Counted from the stretch's first letter, positions 8,157-18,492 are shown. The stretch: 64,000 nt of DNA from Candidatus Falkowbacteria bacterium (GCA_003518055.1 DOZJ01000002.1:55225-119224); one strand, 5' to 3'. Numbers and translations: made by a program. Notes: a model not told the origin generated them from the letters alone.

Positions 8157-11100
8157 ATGTCTCAATTCGTCCATCTCCACGTCCACAGCCATTATTCTCT
8201 ACTTGACGGCTTGGCCAAAATCGATGACTTGGTTGGCAAGGCGGCCGCTGACGGCATGCCGGCTTTGGCTTTGACCGATCATGGTGTGATGTATGGCTCG
8301 ATTGAGTTTTACCAAAAATGCCGCAAAGCCGGTATCAAGCCGATTATCGGCGTCGAAGCCTATATCGCTAAATTCGGCCACTTGGTCAAAGACAGTTCTC
8401 GAGAAAAGCGGTTTCACGTGATTTTGCTGGCCAAAAACAACACCGGTTACAAAAATTTAATCAAATTAACCACAATCGCGCATTTGGTGGGTTTTTATTA
8501 TAAACCACGGATCGATTGGGACTTATTAAAAGAATATCATGAGGGTATAATCTGTGCGTCCGCTTGCCAGCAGGGGGAGTTAGCCAACGCTATCCTGAAT
8601 GAAAATTTAGACGCGGCTGAAGAGGTGGCTCGCAAATATTTGGCATTGTTCGGCGAGGGTAATTATTATCTGGAAGTGCAGCATCATCCCAACCTGCCCA
8701 AACAAAAAATCGTCAATGACGGCGTCTTTAAAATCGGAAAAAAATTAAATATCCCGATCATCGCCACCAACGACGTTCACTATTTGAATACCGAAGACGC
8801 CGAAGCCCACGATATCTTGATCTGTCTGCAAACCAAAAAAAAGGTTCATGATGAAAATCGCATGAGTTACTTGGGCGAAGATTTCTCCTTGTATTCCACG
8901 GCTCAGATGCAGGGATTTTTTCGCGCCAATCCCGAAGTTTTGGATAATACGGTCAAATTAGCCGAGCAATGCGATGTTGACATCACACTCGGCCAGATTC
9001 AATTACCGTCATATGATTTACCGGCAGGGCAGACGGCGTTTATGGCGCTTACCGCCGCCTGTCAGACTGGCATAACTGAGCGCTTTCAGTTTGATCCTGC
9101 CCAGCAGGATACCGATCGCCAAAAACAAATTATTGAGCGGTTGAATTATGAGCTCGGGATTATTGAAAAAACCGGCTATGCTTCCTACTTTTTGATTGTT
9201 ATGGATTTCATTGTCTGGGCGAAAAAGAACGGCATTGTCGTTGGTCCGGGCCGTGGTTCAGCCGCCGGCAGCTTGGTGGCTTATTTAACCAAAATCACCA
9301 ACATTGATCCGCTGCAATATGATTTATTGTTCGAGCGCTTTTTGAATCCCGACCGCGTATCCATGCCCGATATTGATACTGATTTTGCCGATATCCGCCG
9401 CTCCGATGTGATTCGTTACGTGGAAGAAAAATATGGCAAGGACAATGTGTCGCAGATTATTACTTTTGGCACCATGGCCGCTCGCGTGGCCATTCGGGAT
9501 GTTGGTCGGGTTCTGGATGTGCCGTATTCTTTTTGCGACAAGGTGGCCAAACAAGTCCCCATGGGTATGAGCATTGATGACTCAATCAATCAAAACAAGG
9601 AAATGAAGAGTTTGTACGAGAGCAACAGCGACGCCAAACGATTGTTGGATTTTGCCCGGAAGCTTGAGGGCGTTTGCCGCCACACATCGACCCACGCCTG
9701 CGGCATTTTGATTACTCCAAAACCACTCACCGAGTATACGCCGGTCCAATATTCGGCGACGAGCGATGAAGACACGGTTTCTCAGTATTCTTTGCATCCG
9801 GTCGAAGATTTGGGGCTGCTCAAAATGGACTTCCTCGGGTTAAAAAACTTGACCATCATGCAGCACGCCACCGAAATTATCGAAAAAATCCACGGTCTGA
9901 AATTAGATCTGGACGCCCTGCCTCTCGATGATGAGAAAACATTTAAACTGTTCCAACAGGGCAAAACCACCGGCGTTTTTCAATTTGAATCTCAAGGCAT
10001 GAAAAAATATTTGAAAATGTTGAAACCGACGCAGTTCGAAGATTTGATCGCTATGGTGGCCCTGTATCGTCCCGGACCACTCAATTCCGGCATGGTTGAT
10101 GAATTCATTGATCGTAAACACGGGCGCAAACAAATTTCTTATCCGCACGAAATTATGCGCGAACCACTCAAAAATACTTATGGCGTCATTGTTTACCAGG
10201 AGCAGGTCATGCAACTATCCAAGGATATGGCCGGGTTTACCGGTGGCCAAGCCGATACTTTGCGCAAGGCCATGGGCAAAAAAATTGCCGATTTGATGGC
10301 CAAAATGAAATTGGAATTTATTACCGGCTGCGAAAAAAATAAACTACCCAAAAGATTGGCGGAAGAAACTTTCGCCAGCATGGAAAAATTCGCTGAATAC
10401 GGATTCAACAAATCGCACGCAGCCTGCTACGCTTTGATTGCCTACCAAACCGCGTATCTCAAAGCCAATTATCCAGCTGAATTTATGGCCTCGCTTTTGA
10501 CGAGCGACCAGGAAAATATGGATCGGGTGGCGATTGAGATCGATGAATGCAAACAGATGAAAATCAAAGTGCTCCCGCCTGATGTCAATGAAAGTTTTAC
10601 CACCTTCACGGTCGTGGCCGAGTCTCTGGCTGCCGGAAATCCAACCATCAGATTTGGGTTGCAGGCGATTCGCAATGTCGGTCATGGCGTGGTTAAGGCG
10701 ATCATTCGAGAGCGCAAGGACCATGGCCGGTTCGCTGATTTTTCCGCTTTCTTGCAGCGGGTCAAAAGCAAGGATTTGAACAAAAAATCATTGGATGGAT
10801 TGGCCAAGAGCGGCGCTCTTGATAATTTCATTGGCCGCAGTCTGGTCCTGGAAAATATGGACAAGATTTTGTTGTATATCAAGGCGGTGGATGAAGAACA
10901 GAATACCAACCAGACCAATCTGTTTGCTCTTGGCGGCGGTCAGTCATTGCCGTCCTTGAATTTGATCGAATACCCCGAGGCCGCCAAAAAACAACGTTTA
11001 TCATGGGAAAAAGAATTCCTCGGTCTTTACGTTACCGAACATCCTTTCTCCGAGTTTGAAGACCGCCTCAAAGACATCATTGTTCCACTGCATAAAATCA

Positions 11101-11648
11101 AAGAAACCGACCCCGAAGAACAAGAGGAGCGGGCTACGGTTGTGACTGCGGGCGTTATCGGCAGCCTGACTAAAATTATTACCGCCAAGGGCGACCCCAT
11201 GTTATTCGTCCGGCTGGAAGACGCGTTTGTCGGGGTTGAACTGTTGATTTTCCCCAAACTATATGAGGAAATTGGCGACAAGATTCAAGAAGAAAAAATT
11301 ATGATGGTAACCGGCCAGTTGAGCTACAAAGACGCCGAACCAAAGATCTTGGTCAATAATTTATGGGAAATCAATCAAGACAATCTGGATTCGGTTGTCC
11401 AATCGGTACGGGTGTATGAACCGCCGCGATTCAACAAAAAAAATATTATTATCAAATATCCCAAAGGCAGTACGCACGAACTGGCTGATCGCATCAAGCA
11501 TCTCTTCCGATCGTTTCCCGGGACGAACACCATTTTTCTCCATGTGGACGCGCAAATCATCAAAACCAACTTCAAAGTCAAATACTGTCCTAATTTTGAG
11601 CAAAAAGTTCAGGAATTGCTGGGCAAAGACGCGATCAAGATCAAATAA
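8157..11648 (+). CDS. dnaE: DNA polymerase III alpha subunit
   Basis: N-terminal PHP domain 'HLHVHSHYSLLDG...ALTDHG'. 1163 aa. Conserved polymerase core. Confidence 0.95.
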   Translation: MSQFVHLHVHSHYSLLDGLAKIDDLVGKAAADGMPALALTDHGVMYGSIEFYQKCRKAGIKPIIGVEAYIAKFGHLVKDSSREKRFHVILLAKNNTGYKNLIKLTTIAHLVGFYYKPRIDWDLLKEYHEGIICASACQQGELANAILNENLDAAEEVARKYLALFGEGNYYLEVQHHPNLPKQKIVNDGVFKIGKKLNIPIIATNDVHYLNTEDAEAHDILICLQTKKKVHDENRMSYLGEDFSLYSTAQMQGFFRANPEVLDNTVKLAEQCDVDITLGQIQLPSYDLPAGQTAFMALTAACQTGITERFQFDPAQQDTDRQKQIIERLNYELGIIEKTGYASYFLIVMDFIVWAKKNGIVVGPGRGSAAGSLVAYLTKITNIDPLQYDLLFERFLNPDRVSMPDIDTDFADIRRSDVIRYVEEKYGKDNVSQIITFGTMAARVAIRDVGRVLDVPYSFCDKVAKQVPMGMSIDDSINQNKEMKSLYESNSDAKRLLDFARKLEGVCRHTSTHACGILITPKPLTEYTPVQYSATSDEDTVSQYSLHPVEDLGLLKMDFLGLKNLTIMQHATEIIEKIHGLKLDLDALPLDDEKTFKLFQQGKTTGVFQFESQGMKKYLKMLKPTQFEDLIAMVALYRPGPLNSGMVDEFIDRKHGRKQISYPHEIMREPLKNTYGVIVYQEQVMQLSKDMAGFTGGQADTLRKAMGKKIADLMAKMKLEFITGCEKNKLPKRLAEETFASMEKFAEYGFNKSHAACYALIAYQTAYLKANYPAEFMASLLTSDQENMDRVAIEIDECKQMKIKVLPPDVNESFTTFTVVAESLAAGNPTIRFGLQAIRNVGHGVVKAIIRERKDHGRFADFSAFLQRVKSKDLNKKSLDGLAKSGALDNFIGRSLVLENMDKILLYIKAVDEEQNTNQTNLFALGGGQSLPSLNLIEYPEAAKKQRLSWEKEFLGLYVTEHPFSEFEDRLKDIIVPLHKIKETDPEEQEERATVVTAGVIGSLTKIITAKGDPMLFVRLEDAFVGVELLIFPKLYEEIGDKIQEEKIMMVTGQLSYKDAEPKILVNNLWEINQDNLDSVVQSVRVYEPPRFNKKNIIIKYPKGSTHELADRIKHLFRSFPGTNTIFLHVDAQIIKTNFKVKYCPNFEQKVQELLGKDAIKIK

Positions 11649-11790
11649 AGTTTTTTGCCTTGGATTGGCGTTTCAGTCTATGGTATAATACAGATAGTAA
11701 TTTGGTGTTAATTGCCAAGTTATTTGATGCTGGCCGAATCCGGTCTTGATAGTAATTAATTTTTTATCCAATATATTTTAATTTTTCTCT

Positions 11791-12933
11791 ATGAGTTCAC
11801 ACGCAGCCAATAAGGTGGGGATTTCCAAACTTTATGTCAAATTCATCGCGGTCTTTGTTGTCTTGACCATAGTGTTGATTTTTGTCATCTTTTATTTTTC
11901 ATTTTCTCGCGCCTTGATCCGCATCACGCCCAAACCGGCGTCGGTCGCGACCGATTTTATCGCCGATATCAATACTCAGGATAATGAACCCACAGCCGGC
12001 ACGCTCAAAGGATTTCTATTTGAAACCGAGGTTGATATGACCAAGGAATATCCGGCCACCGGGACCAAGGATGCGGAGGGCAATGTCATCGGACAGGTTT
12101 CGATTATCAATAAACGGACTGTTAACCAGCCTCTCGTCGCGACTACTCGGCTGATCACGACTGATGGTGTGCTGCTGCGAATCAAAAACCGCGTGGATGT
12201 TCCCGCCGGCGGATCGGTCAATGCTGATGTTTACGCCGATGATCCATCGAGCTTTACCACCTTGGCGGCAACCAAATTTACCATTCCCGGCTTGTCTGAA
12301 AGCCTCCAAAACGAAGTGTACGCTGAGAGCAAAACTTCATTGAATAGCGCTCCCGGAGCGTTAAAAGTAGTCAAATCTGTTGATGTCGCCCGCGCCAAAG
12401 ATGATTTAACCGCCGCTTTATATCAAAAAGCTTTGGCTGATTTTGAAGCCGAGGTCAGCGAAGGTTACGTTGCGGTTTTGGTTGATAAAAAAGTGGTCGA
12501 AGAAGCGGTCAGCGCCGGTATCGATGATGTGGCGGAGACCTTTACTGTCCGGCAAAAGATGAATGTCACCCTGATTGGACTCGAACAGCCGGCGATCGTC
12601 AGCCTGTCGGCCGAGCGGTTGAGGGAACTCGTCACGGGCGAGCGGGAGTTGAGTGAGATAATGTTGGATAAATTAACTTACGTGGTGCAAAATTATAATC
12701 AGGAAAACAAAACCGCCAATATCAAAGTGCACGCCGAAGGTGAAACCGTATTAAAAGAAAACAGTGAAATTTTGGACAAAAGCAAAATCGCCGGCTTGAG
12801 CGACAAAGGGGTGGAATTATATCTCGATAGTTTTGATGAAATCGAATCAGTTGAAGTTCAGCTGTCGCCATTTTGGGTCAAACGCGTACCGTCTTTACCT
12901 GATAATATAGTTATCGAAGTGGTCACGGATTAG
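11791..12933 (+). CDS. Hypothetical membrane-anchored protein (single N-terminal TM)
   Basis: 380-aa ORF with a TM helix at residues about 17-38. No recognisable motifs. Confidence 0.5.
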   Translation: MSSHAANKVGISKLYVKFIAVFVVLTIVLIFVIFYFSFSRALIRITPKPASVATDFIADINTQDNEPTAGTLKGFLFETEVDMTKEYPATGTKDAEGNVIGQVSIINKRTVNQPLVATTRLITTDGVLLRIKNRVDVPAGGSVNADVYADDPSSFTTLAATKFTIPGLSESLQNEVYAESKTSLNSAPGALKVVKSVDVARAKDDLTAALYQKALADFEAEVSEGYVAVLVDKKVVEEAVSAGIDDVAETFTVRQKMNVTLIGLEQPAIVSLSAERLRELVTGERELSEIMLDKLTYVVQNYNQENKTANIKVHAEGETVLKENSEILDKSKIAGLSDKGVELYLDSFDEIESVEVQLSPFWVKRVPSLPDNIVIEVVTD

Positions 12934-13049
12934 ATCTTATTTATATTCGATAAAAAAATGTGTCATCTTTCGAGAACATCAGGATGACACATTTTTTATC
13001 AAAAAAGAACCGTGTTTGGTTCTTGTTTATTCAATGATTGCCGACAGTT

Positions 13050-13379
13050 TTACATCTTGTTACGTTTCATGTAAACATAATAAAGTTTCATTTGAAACCA
13101 TTCCCCGCGATCGGCCAGATCATTTGGTTCTGGACATTTCCTGACATCAAAGCTGGTGACCATTGCGTTGCCCGGCAGAAGACCCAATCGATGAAGTTCA
13201 GATGCGAATACGGCTGCGGCTCGCTCATGAAGCCTATCGACAGATTCGTCAATGATCACGATTGGTGTTCCGGCTTCCCATGCCATTAGGAGTGTCTCCG
13301 TTTGCGGGTGAAGAATCTGAGGATCATTCCCATCAGAGTCAGTTCGGGAGACTTTCCCGAACCGGAGCAATAACTGCAC
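13050..13379 (-). CDS. Hypothetical ORF overlapping the zinc-ribbon gene in another frame; possible Toprim-like remnant or frameshift partner
   Basis: 109 aa. 'TPIVIIDESVDRL' loosely resembles a Toprim acidic motif. 94-nt out-of-frame overlap with 13286..13486. Confidence 0.25.
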   Translation of the reverse strand: MQLLLRFGKVSRTDSDGNDPQILHPQTETLLMAWEAGTPIVIIDESVDRLHERAAAVFASELHRLGLLPGNAMVTSFDVRKCPEPNDLADRGEWFQMKLYYVYMKRNKM

Positions 13380-13486
13380 TGTACCAATTGAGGTATGGCA
13401 CTGTGTCGATCTTCATCAAGGAATCGTGGAATATAGTATTCTCCTACTCCTTTGCAGACAGGACATTTCCTGCCAAAGATTGCCAT
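13286..13486 (-). CDS. Small zinc-ribbon protein (CxxC...CxxC)
   Basis: 66 aa 'KCPVCKG...CSYCSGSG'. Strong SD 'gggagg' 5 nt before the ATG. Consensus-type promoter upstream. Confidence 0.4.
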   Translation of the reverse strand: MAIFGRKCPVCKGVGEYYIPRFLDEDRHSAIPQLVQCSYCSGSGKSPELTLMGMILRFFTRKRRHS

Positions 13487-13518
13487 TTTTACCTCCCAAG
13501 TGATTTGGAATACTTAAT

Positions 13519-13547
13519 ACTATATCACAAGGATTTTTTATTGTCAA
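13519..13547 (-). promoter_or_regulatory. Promoter TTGACA-17-TGaTATAGT (minus strand)
   Basis: Reverse complement of 13519-13547 reads ttgaca-ataaaaaatccttgtga-tatagt. Confidence 0.4.
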
Positions 13548-13924
13548 TGAATCGGTTTGACGTTATGCGTTGTTTTATCTATAATTAACTTGCTCGCTGG
13601 TGATTGGGTCAGCTACCATCTGGCCGTCCTTTAATAGGACTTAAATCAGCCAAGAATTTAACTAAGCGGCGAGAACAATCAAAGAAATTAAGAGCTCCAA
13701 TTATTGTCATAATGTCTTGAACTTTTAAGGGATCAAGGAATCAATGGTGAACAATAGCGGAGAACGTGGGTGGAAACGCCGTCAATTCGATGGTCCCAAG
13801 GTTTATAGCCTTGTTTTTTATTTATATTATTACTAATGACGAATATACTACGAATATACTAAAACAAACTTAGGCGGTTGCTAAATTCGTAGATAAGTAG
13901 TCGATTTGTAATTGGTAACAAATT

Positions 13925-14362
13925 ATGAAAGCCCTGCTCCAACGCGTGAACCACGCGAAAGTCACAGTTGATCACAAGACAGTCGGCGAGATCGGCCGGG
14001 GGATTTTGATTCTGCTCGGAATTGATCGGGCTGATGACGCGGGTAAAATAAAACCGTTGGCGGATAAAATTTTAAATTTACGGATTTTTGCCGGTGCTGG
14101 TGGGGAATTTGATCAAGCGGTGCTTGATATCAAGGGTGAAATTTTAGTTGTTTCCCAGTTTACCTTGTGCGGTTCGTGCGCCAAAGGCCGGCGGCCGGAT
14201 TTTATGAGCGCAGCGGATCCGATTGTGGCTAATGATTTGTATAAAAAATTCGTGGCGGAGCTCAAGGCATCAGGTCTGACCGTTGCTACCGGCGAATTTC
14301 AGAAAATGATGAAGGTTGAATTGGAAAATGATGGACCAGCCACGTTTATAATCGAAAAATAA
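13925..14362 (+). CDS. dtd: D-tyrosyl-tRNA(Tyr) deacylase
   Basis: 145 aa, 'QRV..A.V....GEIG.G.L.LLG' start and 'VVSQFTL...NDGPATF' core, collinear with Dtd. Confidence 0.9.
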   Translation: MKALLQRVNHAKVTVDHKTVGEIGRGILILLGIDRADDAGKIKPLADKILNLRIFAGAGGEFDQAVLDIKGEILVVSQFTLCGSCAKGRRPDFMSAADPIVANDLYKKFVAELKASGLTVATGEFQKMMKVELENDGPATFIIEK

Positions 14363-14369
14363 TAAAAAT

Positions 14370-15017
14370 ATGTTTTTAGAAGATTTAAATGTAAATAAAA
14401 GTCGGCCACCACAGAGCGAACGCGATATGGCTAAAGAAAAGCTTGATCGGGTGGTGACTGAAAACATCAGGATGTTAAAGACCGAAGGCTATGAATCTAC
14501 GTCTGATGAATCAATGGGCGGGAACGCCAGAACATTTAACGTTGCTGGTTTAAATATCTTGATGACATGCAAAGGAATGAATGCCTATTGCGATGAGGAT
14601 GGTATCTTAAAACAGTTTACAAACTATGAGAATCAGGTAAGGAGTGGAAGTCGGAGGCATATAACCTTTCGTGTCGGCATCGATGTCAGTGAATATTTCC
14701 AACGCCACAAACCGACCGCTGGGTTAATTGTTGAAGTTTATGGCACTGAAAACGCCACTCCTGAAATCAAAAAAATATTCAGAGAGACTCAGCACCGCTT
14801 CAATGTTGAATCCGCCAAGAGCTTTCATGATTTAAAAATCGCCGTCGCGCTCATGGGCGAGCTGGAATCATCAACCGGTGAAACTATATCCACGGCAGAG
14901 CTGTTACAGCGTCTTAACGAAGTTCAAACTTCTCGCAGCAATGCCGCGCTGCTTCCTCGGGAGTTTGGCCTCAGGTACAAGGTGATTGAATTGTTGAGAA
15001 ATGAAATTGTCCATTGA
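14370..15017 (+). CDS. Hypothetical protein
   Basis: 215-aa ORF, no motifs recognised. Confidence 0.45.
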   Translation: MFLEDLNVNKSRPPQSERDMAKEKLDRVVTENIRMLKTEGYESTSDESMGGNARTFNVAGLNILMTCKGMNAYCDEDGILKQFTNYENQVRSGSRRHITFRVGIDVSEYFQRHKPTAGLIVEVYGTENATPEIKKIFRETQHRFNVESAKSFHDLKIAVALMGELESSTGETISTAELLQRLNEVQTSRSNAALLPREFGLRYKVIELLRNEIVH

Positions 15018-15099
15018 AATTGGTTGTTGATGATTTGTTTTATGGGTGAAATTCAATGTTTAGATTATCATCACATCAAATTTATGGGCTTGATTAAAT

Positions 15100-15730
15100 A
15101 GATAATCCCCACTTTAGTGGAAGGGTTTTATGAGATATCAGTTCTTTTCCAACACAACATATTTTGTTACCTACAAAACATGTAATAATGGATCGTATTA
15201 TTTTTCTGATGAGGAAAAAGATATTATCTTATCGAAATTGCTAGAAGCCCGGTCAAAATTCATACCCGGATTAAAAGCGTTTGCCATTCTTTCCAACCAT
15301 TATCATCTATTAATTGAAAATGTTGATAGTCGGGCCGCCCAAAAGTTTTTCCAACTATTAAATGGTGGTAGCTCGTTCATTATTAATAAGGATAAAAATA
15401 GTAAATTTAATTATTGGGGGATTCAGGACCGAATCAATTGGCCGGTTAAGACTGAGGGAAAGTTTTTTCAATTTTTAGCGTATGTGGTGGCCAATCCGTG
15501 GCGTCATGGTTTGGTGCGGGAAATAAGTGATTTAAAAGGTTATCGGTATTGTAATTATGACCAAGTTTGCGAAGACTATGGAGAGGCGTTTATACAAGAT
15601 TTAATTTTAAATCGTATTAAGAAAGATGATGAATGAGGTGTTTTCCCCACTAAGGTGGGGCATATTTAATTCATGTAATATAAAAAGAAATAAAATTCCT
15701 TATGTCCCACTTTAGTGGGAGGGTCTATAA
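15100..15730 (+). mobile_element. IS200/IS605-like or REP-RAYT element: Y1 transposase flanked by palindromic hairpins
   Basis: Near-identical hairpin copies 'cccactttagtgg(a/g)agggt' at 15106-15129 and 15704-15727, plus 'ccccactaaggtgggg' at 15645-15660, bracket the 168-aa HuH gene. Confidence 0.6.
15130..15636 (+). CDS. IS200/RAYT-like HuH tyrosine (Y1) transposase
   Basis: HuH motif 'NHYHLLIE'. 'NYWGIQDRI' and C-terminal 'NPWRHGLV' match the COG1943/RayT signature (NPvkaGLV). About 165 aa, typical size. Confidence 0.7.
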   Translation: MRYQFFSNTTYFVTYKTCNNGSYYFSDEEKDIILSKLLEARSKFIPGLKAFAILSNHYHLLIENVDSRAAQKFFQLLNGGSSFIINKDKNSKFNYWGIQDRINWPVKTEGKFFQFLAYVVANPWRHGLVREISDLKGYRYCNYDQVCEDYGEAFIQDLILNRIKKDDE

Positions 15731-15764
15731 AAAACGATAGAATTAATATTTTCTTTATAATAAT

Positions 15765-17525
15765 ATGAACGAAGATCAATTAAAAAAAATGCGTCACTCT
15801 CTCGCCCACGTAATGGCTCAAGCGGTTTTGAAGTTTTTTCCTGACGCCAAATTAGCGATCGGTCCTGACATTGATACCGGTTTTTATTATGATTTTGACT
15901 TGGGTGGCCAGTCATTCTCACCGGAAGATTTGAAAAAAATCGAGAAACAAATGAAAAAAATCATCGCCGGTAATCAGAAATTCGAAGCTTATTCCTTACC
16001 GCTGTCCGAAGCCAAAGAAAAAATGCAGGGCAACCCCTACAAGGTTGAGTTAATCGATGAACTTGGGGGTGCGGGGGAGACGGTTATTAATTTTTACAAA
16101 AATATCGACGGCAACGGCCAAACCATGTTTAATGATATGTGCCGCGGGCCTCATGTCGAGTCCACCAAAGCGGTCGGCGCCTTCAAAATTGACAAGGTCG
16201 CTGGCGCCTATTGGCGGGGAGATGAAAAAAAACCGATGCTTCAGCGGATTTACGCGTTGGCTTTTGGCACCCAAGCGGAATTGGAACATTTTCTAACCAT
16301 GAGGGCTGAGGCTGAACGCCGCGATCACCGAAAACTGGCCAAAGAGTTGGGCTTGATTGTCCATTCCGAATTGGTCGGACCGGGCCTGCCGCTTTACACG
16401 GGCAAAGGCGCGTTGCTTCGACGACTGATCGGCGATTATTCGCGTGAACTTCGAGACCGTATGGGTTATGTCGAAGTTCATACGCCGCAAATGAACAAGG
16501 CCGAACTCTTTAAACGCTCCGGCCATTATGACAAATACAAAGATGATATGTTCCGCGTGGTGTCCAATTATACCGATGAAGAATATTATCTTAAACCCAT
16601 GAATTGTCCTCAGCACACGCAGATTTTTGCCGCGGATATCCGCAGCTACAAAGACTTACCGGTTCGCATCGCTGATTTCGCCAATCTCTATCGAGATGAA
16701 AAACCCGGAGAGTTGAGCGGTCTGACTCGTCTACGGTGTTTTGCTCAGGACGACGGCCATTGTTTTTGCCGCGAGGATCAGATTGAGCAGGAATTCAGCC
16801 AGCTGCTCGAAGCGGAAAAGGAAACCCTCGCGACTTATGGGATGGACTATCATGTTCGGTTGTCATTCTCTGATAAAAATAATATGAAAGCCTATCTCGG
16901 TGACGAAGCGGTGTGGTCCAAGGCGGAGATCATGCTCGAAGCTTTGGTTAAAGAAAAAAATGTCCCTTACGTTATAGCCGAAGGCGAAGCCGCTTTTTAT
17001 GGCCCCAAAATGGACATCATTGCCAAGGATTCGCTCGGCCGCGAGTGGCAATTGTCGACGATTCAAATCGATTTTAATCTGCCTGAGCGGTTTGAACTGG
17101 AATACATCGGCCAAGACGGCAAAAAACACCGTCCGGTGATGATTCATAGTGCTCTAGTCGGTTCGCTGGAACGTTTTATGGCCGTCGTGATTGAGCATTA
17201 TGCCGGGGACTTTCCTTTGTGGCTCTCACCGGTTCAGGTCAAGCTGATTTCCGTCGGTGAAAAACATCACGACTATGTGGTTAATTTGGCTGCTAAATTA
17301 AAACAGGAAAAAATTCGAGTGGAGATTGATTTGAGCGATGAAACCGTTGGCAACAAAATTAGAAAATCAGAAAAAGAAAAGAATCCTTACATGTTGGTCA
17401 TTGGTGACAAAGAAATGGAATCGACCAAATACACCATTCGTCAGCGTAATGAATCTGACCAACGCGAACTCAGTCTGGACGAGTTGGTCACGGAAATTGT
17501 CCAGAAAGTGGCTGCCAAAAAATAG
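15765..17525 (+). CDS. thrS: Threonyl-tRNA synthetase (short form lacking N-terminal TGS domain)
   Basis: 586 aa. 'HSLAHVMAQAV' editing-domain start, class II core and anticodon-binding domain collinear with ThrRS. Confidence 0.9.
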   Translation: MNEDQLKKMRHSLAHVMAQAVLKFFPDAKLAIGPDIDTGFYYDFDLGGQSFSPEDLKKIEKQMKKIIAGNQKFEAYSLPLSEAKEKMQGNPYKVELIDELGGAGETVINFYKNIDGNGQTMFNDMCRGPHVESTKAVGAFKIDKVAGAYWRGDEKKPMLQRIYALAFGTQAELEHFLTMRAEAERRDHRKLAKELGLIVHSELVGPGLPLYTGKGALLRRLIGDYSRELRDRMGYVEVHTPQMNKAELFKRSGHYDKYKDDMFRVVSNYTDEEYYLKPMNCPQHTQIFAADIRSYKDLPVRIADFANLYRDEKPGELSGLTRLRCFAQDDGHCFCREDQIEQEFSQLLEAEKETLATYGMDYHVRLSFSDKNNMKAYLGDEAVWSKAEIMLEALVKEKNVPYVIAEGEAAFYGPKMDIIAKDSLGREWQLSTIQIDFNLPERFELEYIGQDGKKHRPVMIHSALVGSLERFMAVVIEHYAGDFPLWLSPVQVKLISVGEKHHDYVVNLAAKLKQEKIRVEIDLSDETVGNKIRKSEKEKNPYMLVIGDKEMESTKYTIRQRNESDQRELSLDELVTEIVQKVAAKK

Positions 17526-17580
17526 TAATTTATTTCTCAAATTATTTCACCTGCATCCCGAGTAGGTATTTCACCGACAA

Positions 17581-17607
17581 AAAAAGGCGCTCATTGGGCG
17601 TCTTTTT
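17581..17607. terminator. Bidirectional hairpin terminator (aggcgc-loop-gcgucu flanked by A7 / T5) between thrS and a convergent gene
   Basis: A-run and T-run flank a 6-bp stem. The stop codon of the minus-strand gene (17591-17593) lies in the loop. Confidence 0.5.
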
Positions 17608-18380
17608 GGTCTTTGTTTCGAAACAGCTTTTGCTTTAGCCTCTGCCAAGTTGTCAGTGTCGGCGTTGGCTCAGGTTCAGTGGCGAGTACCGATTCGGCCG
17701 GCTTGATCTTGGCCATTTGCTCTGCGACTGTGATCAGGGTCGCGACGGCCGTTATCACCGTTGCTTTTGGCAGCTGACTGATAGCTGATAGCCGCTGGAT
17801 GCGGCAGCACACCGCCAGCCAGTTCCAGACAGGGAGGTAGTCATCATGGATCTTGTAGGCAAGATTTTGTTTAACTTGGCCCTGCTTCTCAGGGAATAGA
17901 ACCATGACATTCCGAGTATTAGCCGGAAAACTCTTCTGGAATACTCGTTTGTGATGAGGGAGTGCCTCCTTGCCGAAGAGCAGCCGGATTTCTAGGCTGG
18001 TTGTCCGGCGCCAGGCTTCTTCCTCCAATCTAACCACTTCAATCAGTCCAAGATCTCTGAGCTCGGCCTCAACCTTTTCGATTTCTATTGGTTCGGTCTT
18101 GACAATGCCGGCCAGCTTATCGGTCAGCGCGACCAGCAATTCCCGCTGGGTTTCAGTGCCAATGGATTCATTATGCAGTACTTTGAGCACAAATTGGGTC
18201 AGCGTCGTCTTTGGCATGTCAACCGGCTTTTGCCCGTGGTGGGGTTGTTTATCTGCTCTTGAAAGGCTGAATTCAAGCAGACTCGCTCCGTCAGAATCCG
18301 GGGCCTTCAATGGATAAAAAGTTCGTCGCTTGGTCAATGCTTGACGGGCTGACAAGAGGATAACATCCTGATTTTCCATG
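17591..18380 (-). CDS. Hypothetical protein, likely start MENQDV...
   Basis: SD 'aaaggag' 5 nt before the ATG at 18380. The ORF-track start at 18418 is a GTG inside the promoter. GC-richer than flanks. Confidence 0.5.
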
Positions 18381-18408
18381 ATTCGCTCCTTTGGTTGAGT
18401 TACATTGA

Positions 18409-18437
18409 AGCATATCACGAAAGCACAAGTTTGTCAA
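18409..18437 (-). promoter_or_regulatory. Promoter TTGACA-17-TGaTATGCT (minus strand)
   Basis: Reverse complement reads ttgaca-aacttgtgctttcgtga-tatgct. Confidence 0.35.
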
Positions 18438-18492
18438 ATGGGTGGGGTGTATGATAATATAATGGTATTAGAAGTATAAATTGTCGCTAATT

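Noticed and set aside
13590-13920. Long intergenic region before dtd, a possible ncRNA
   Set aside because: Could not fold a convincing tRNA, tmRNA, RNase P or SRP structure by eye. No repeats.
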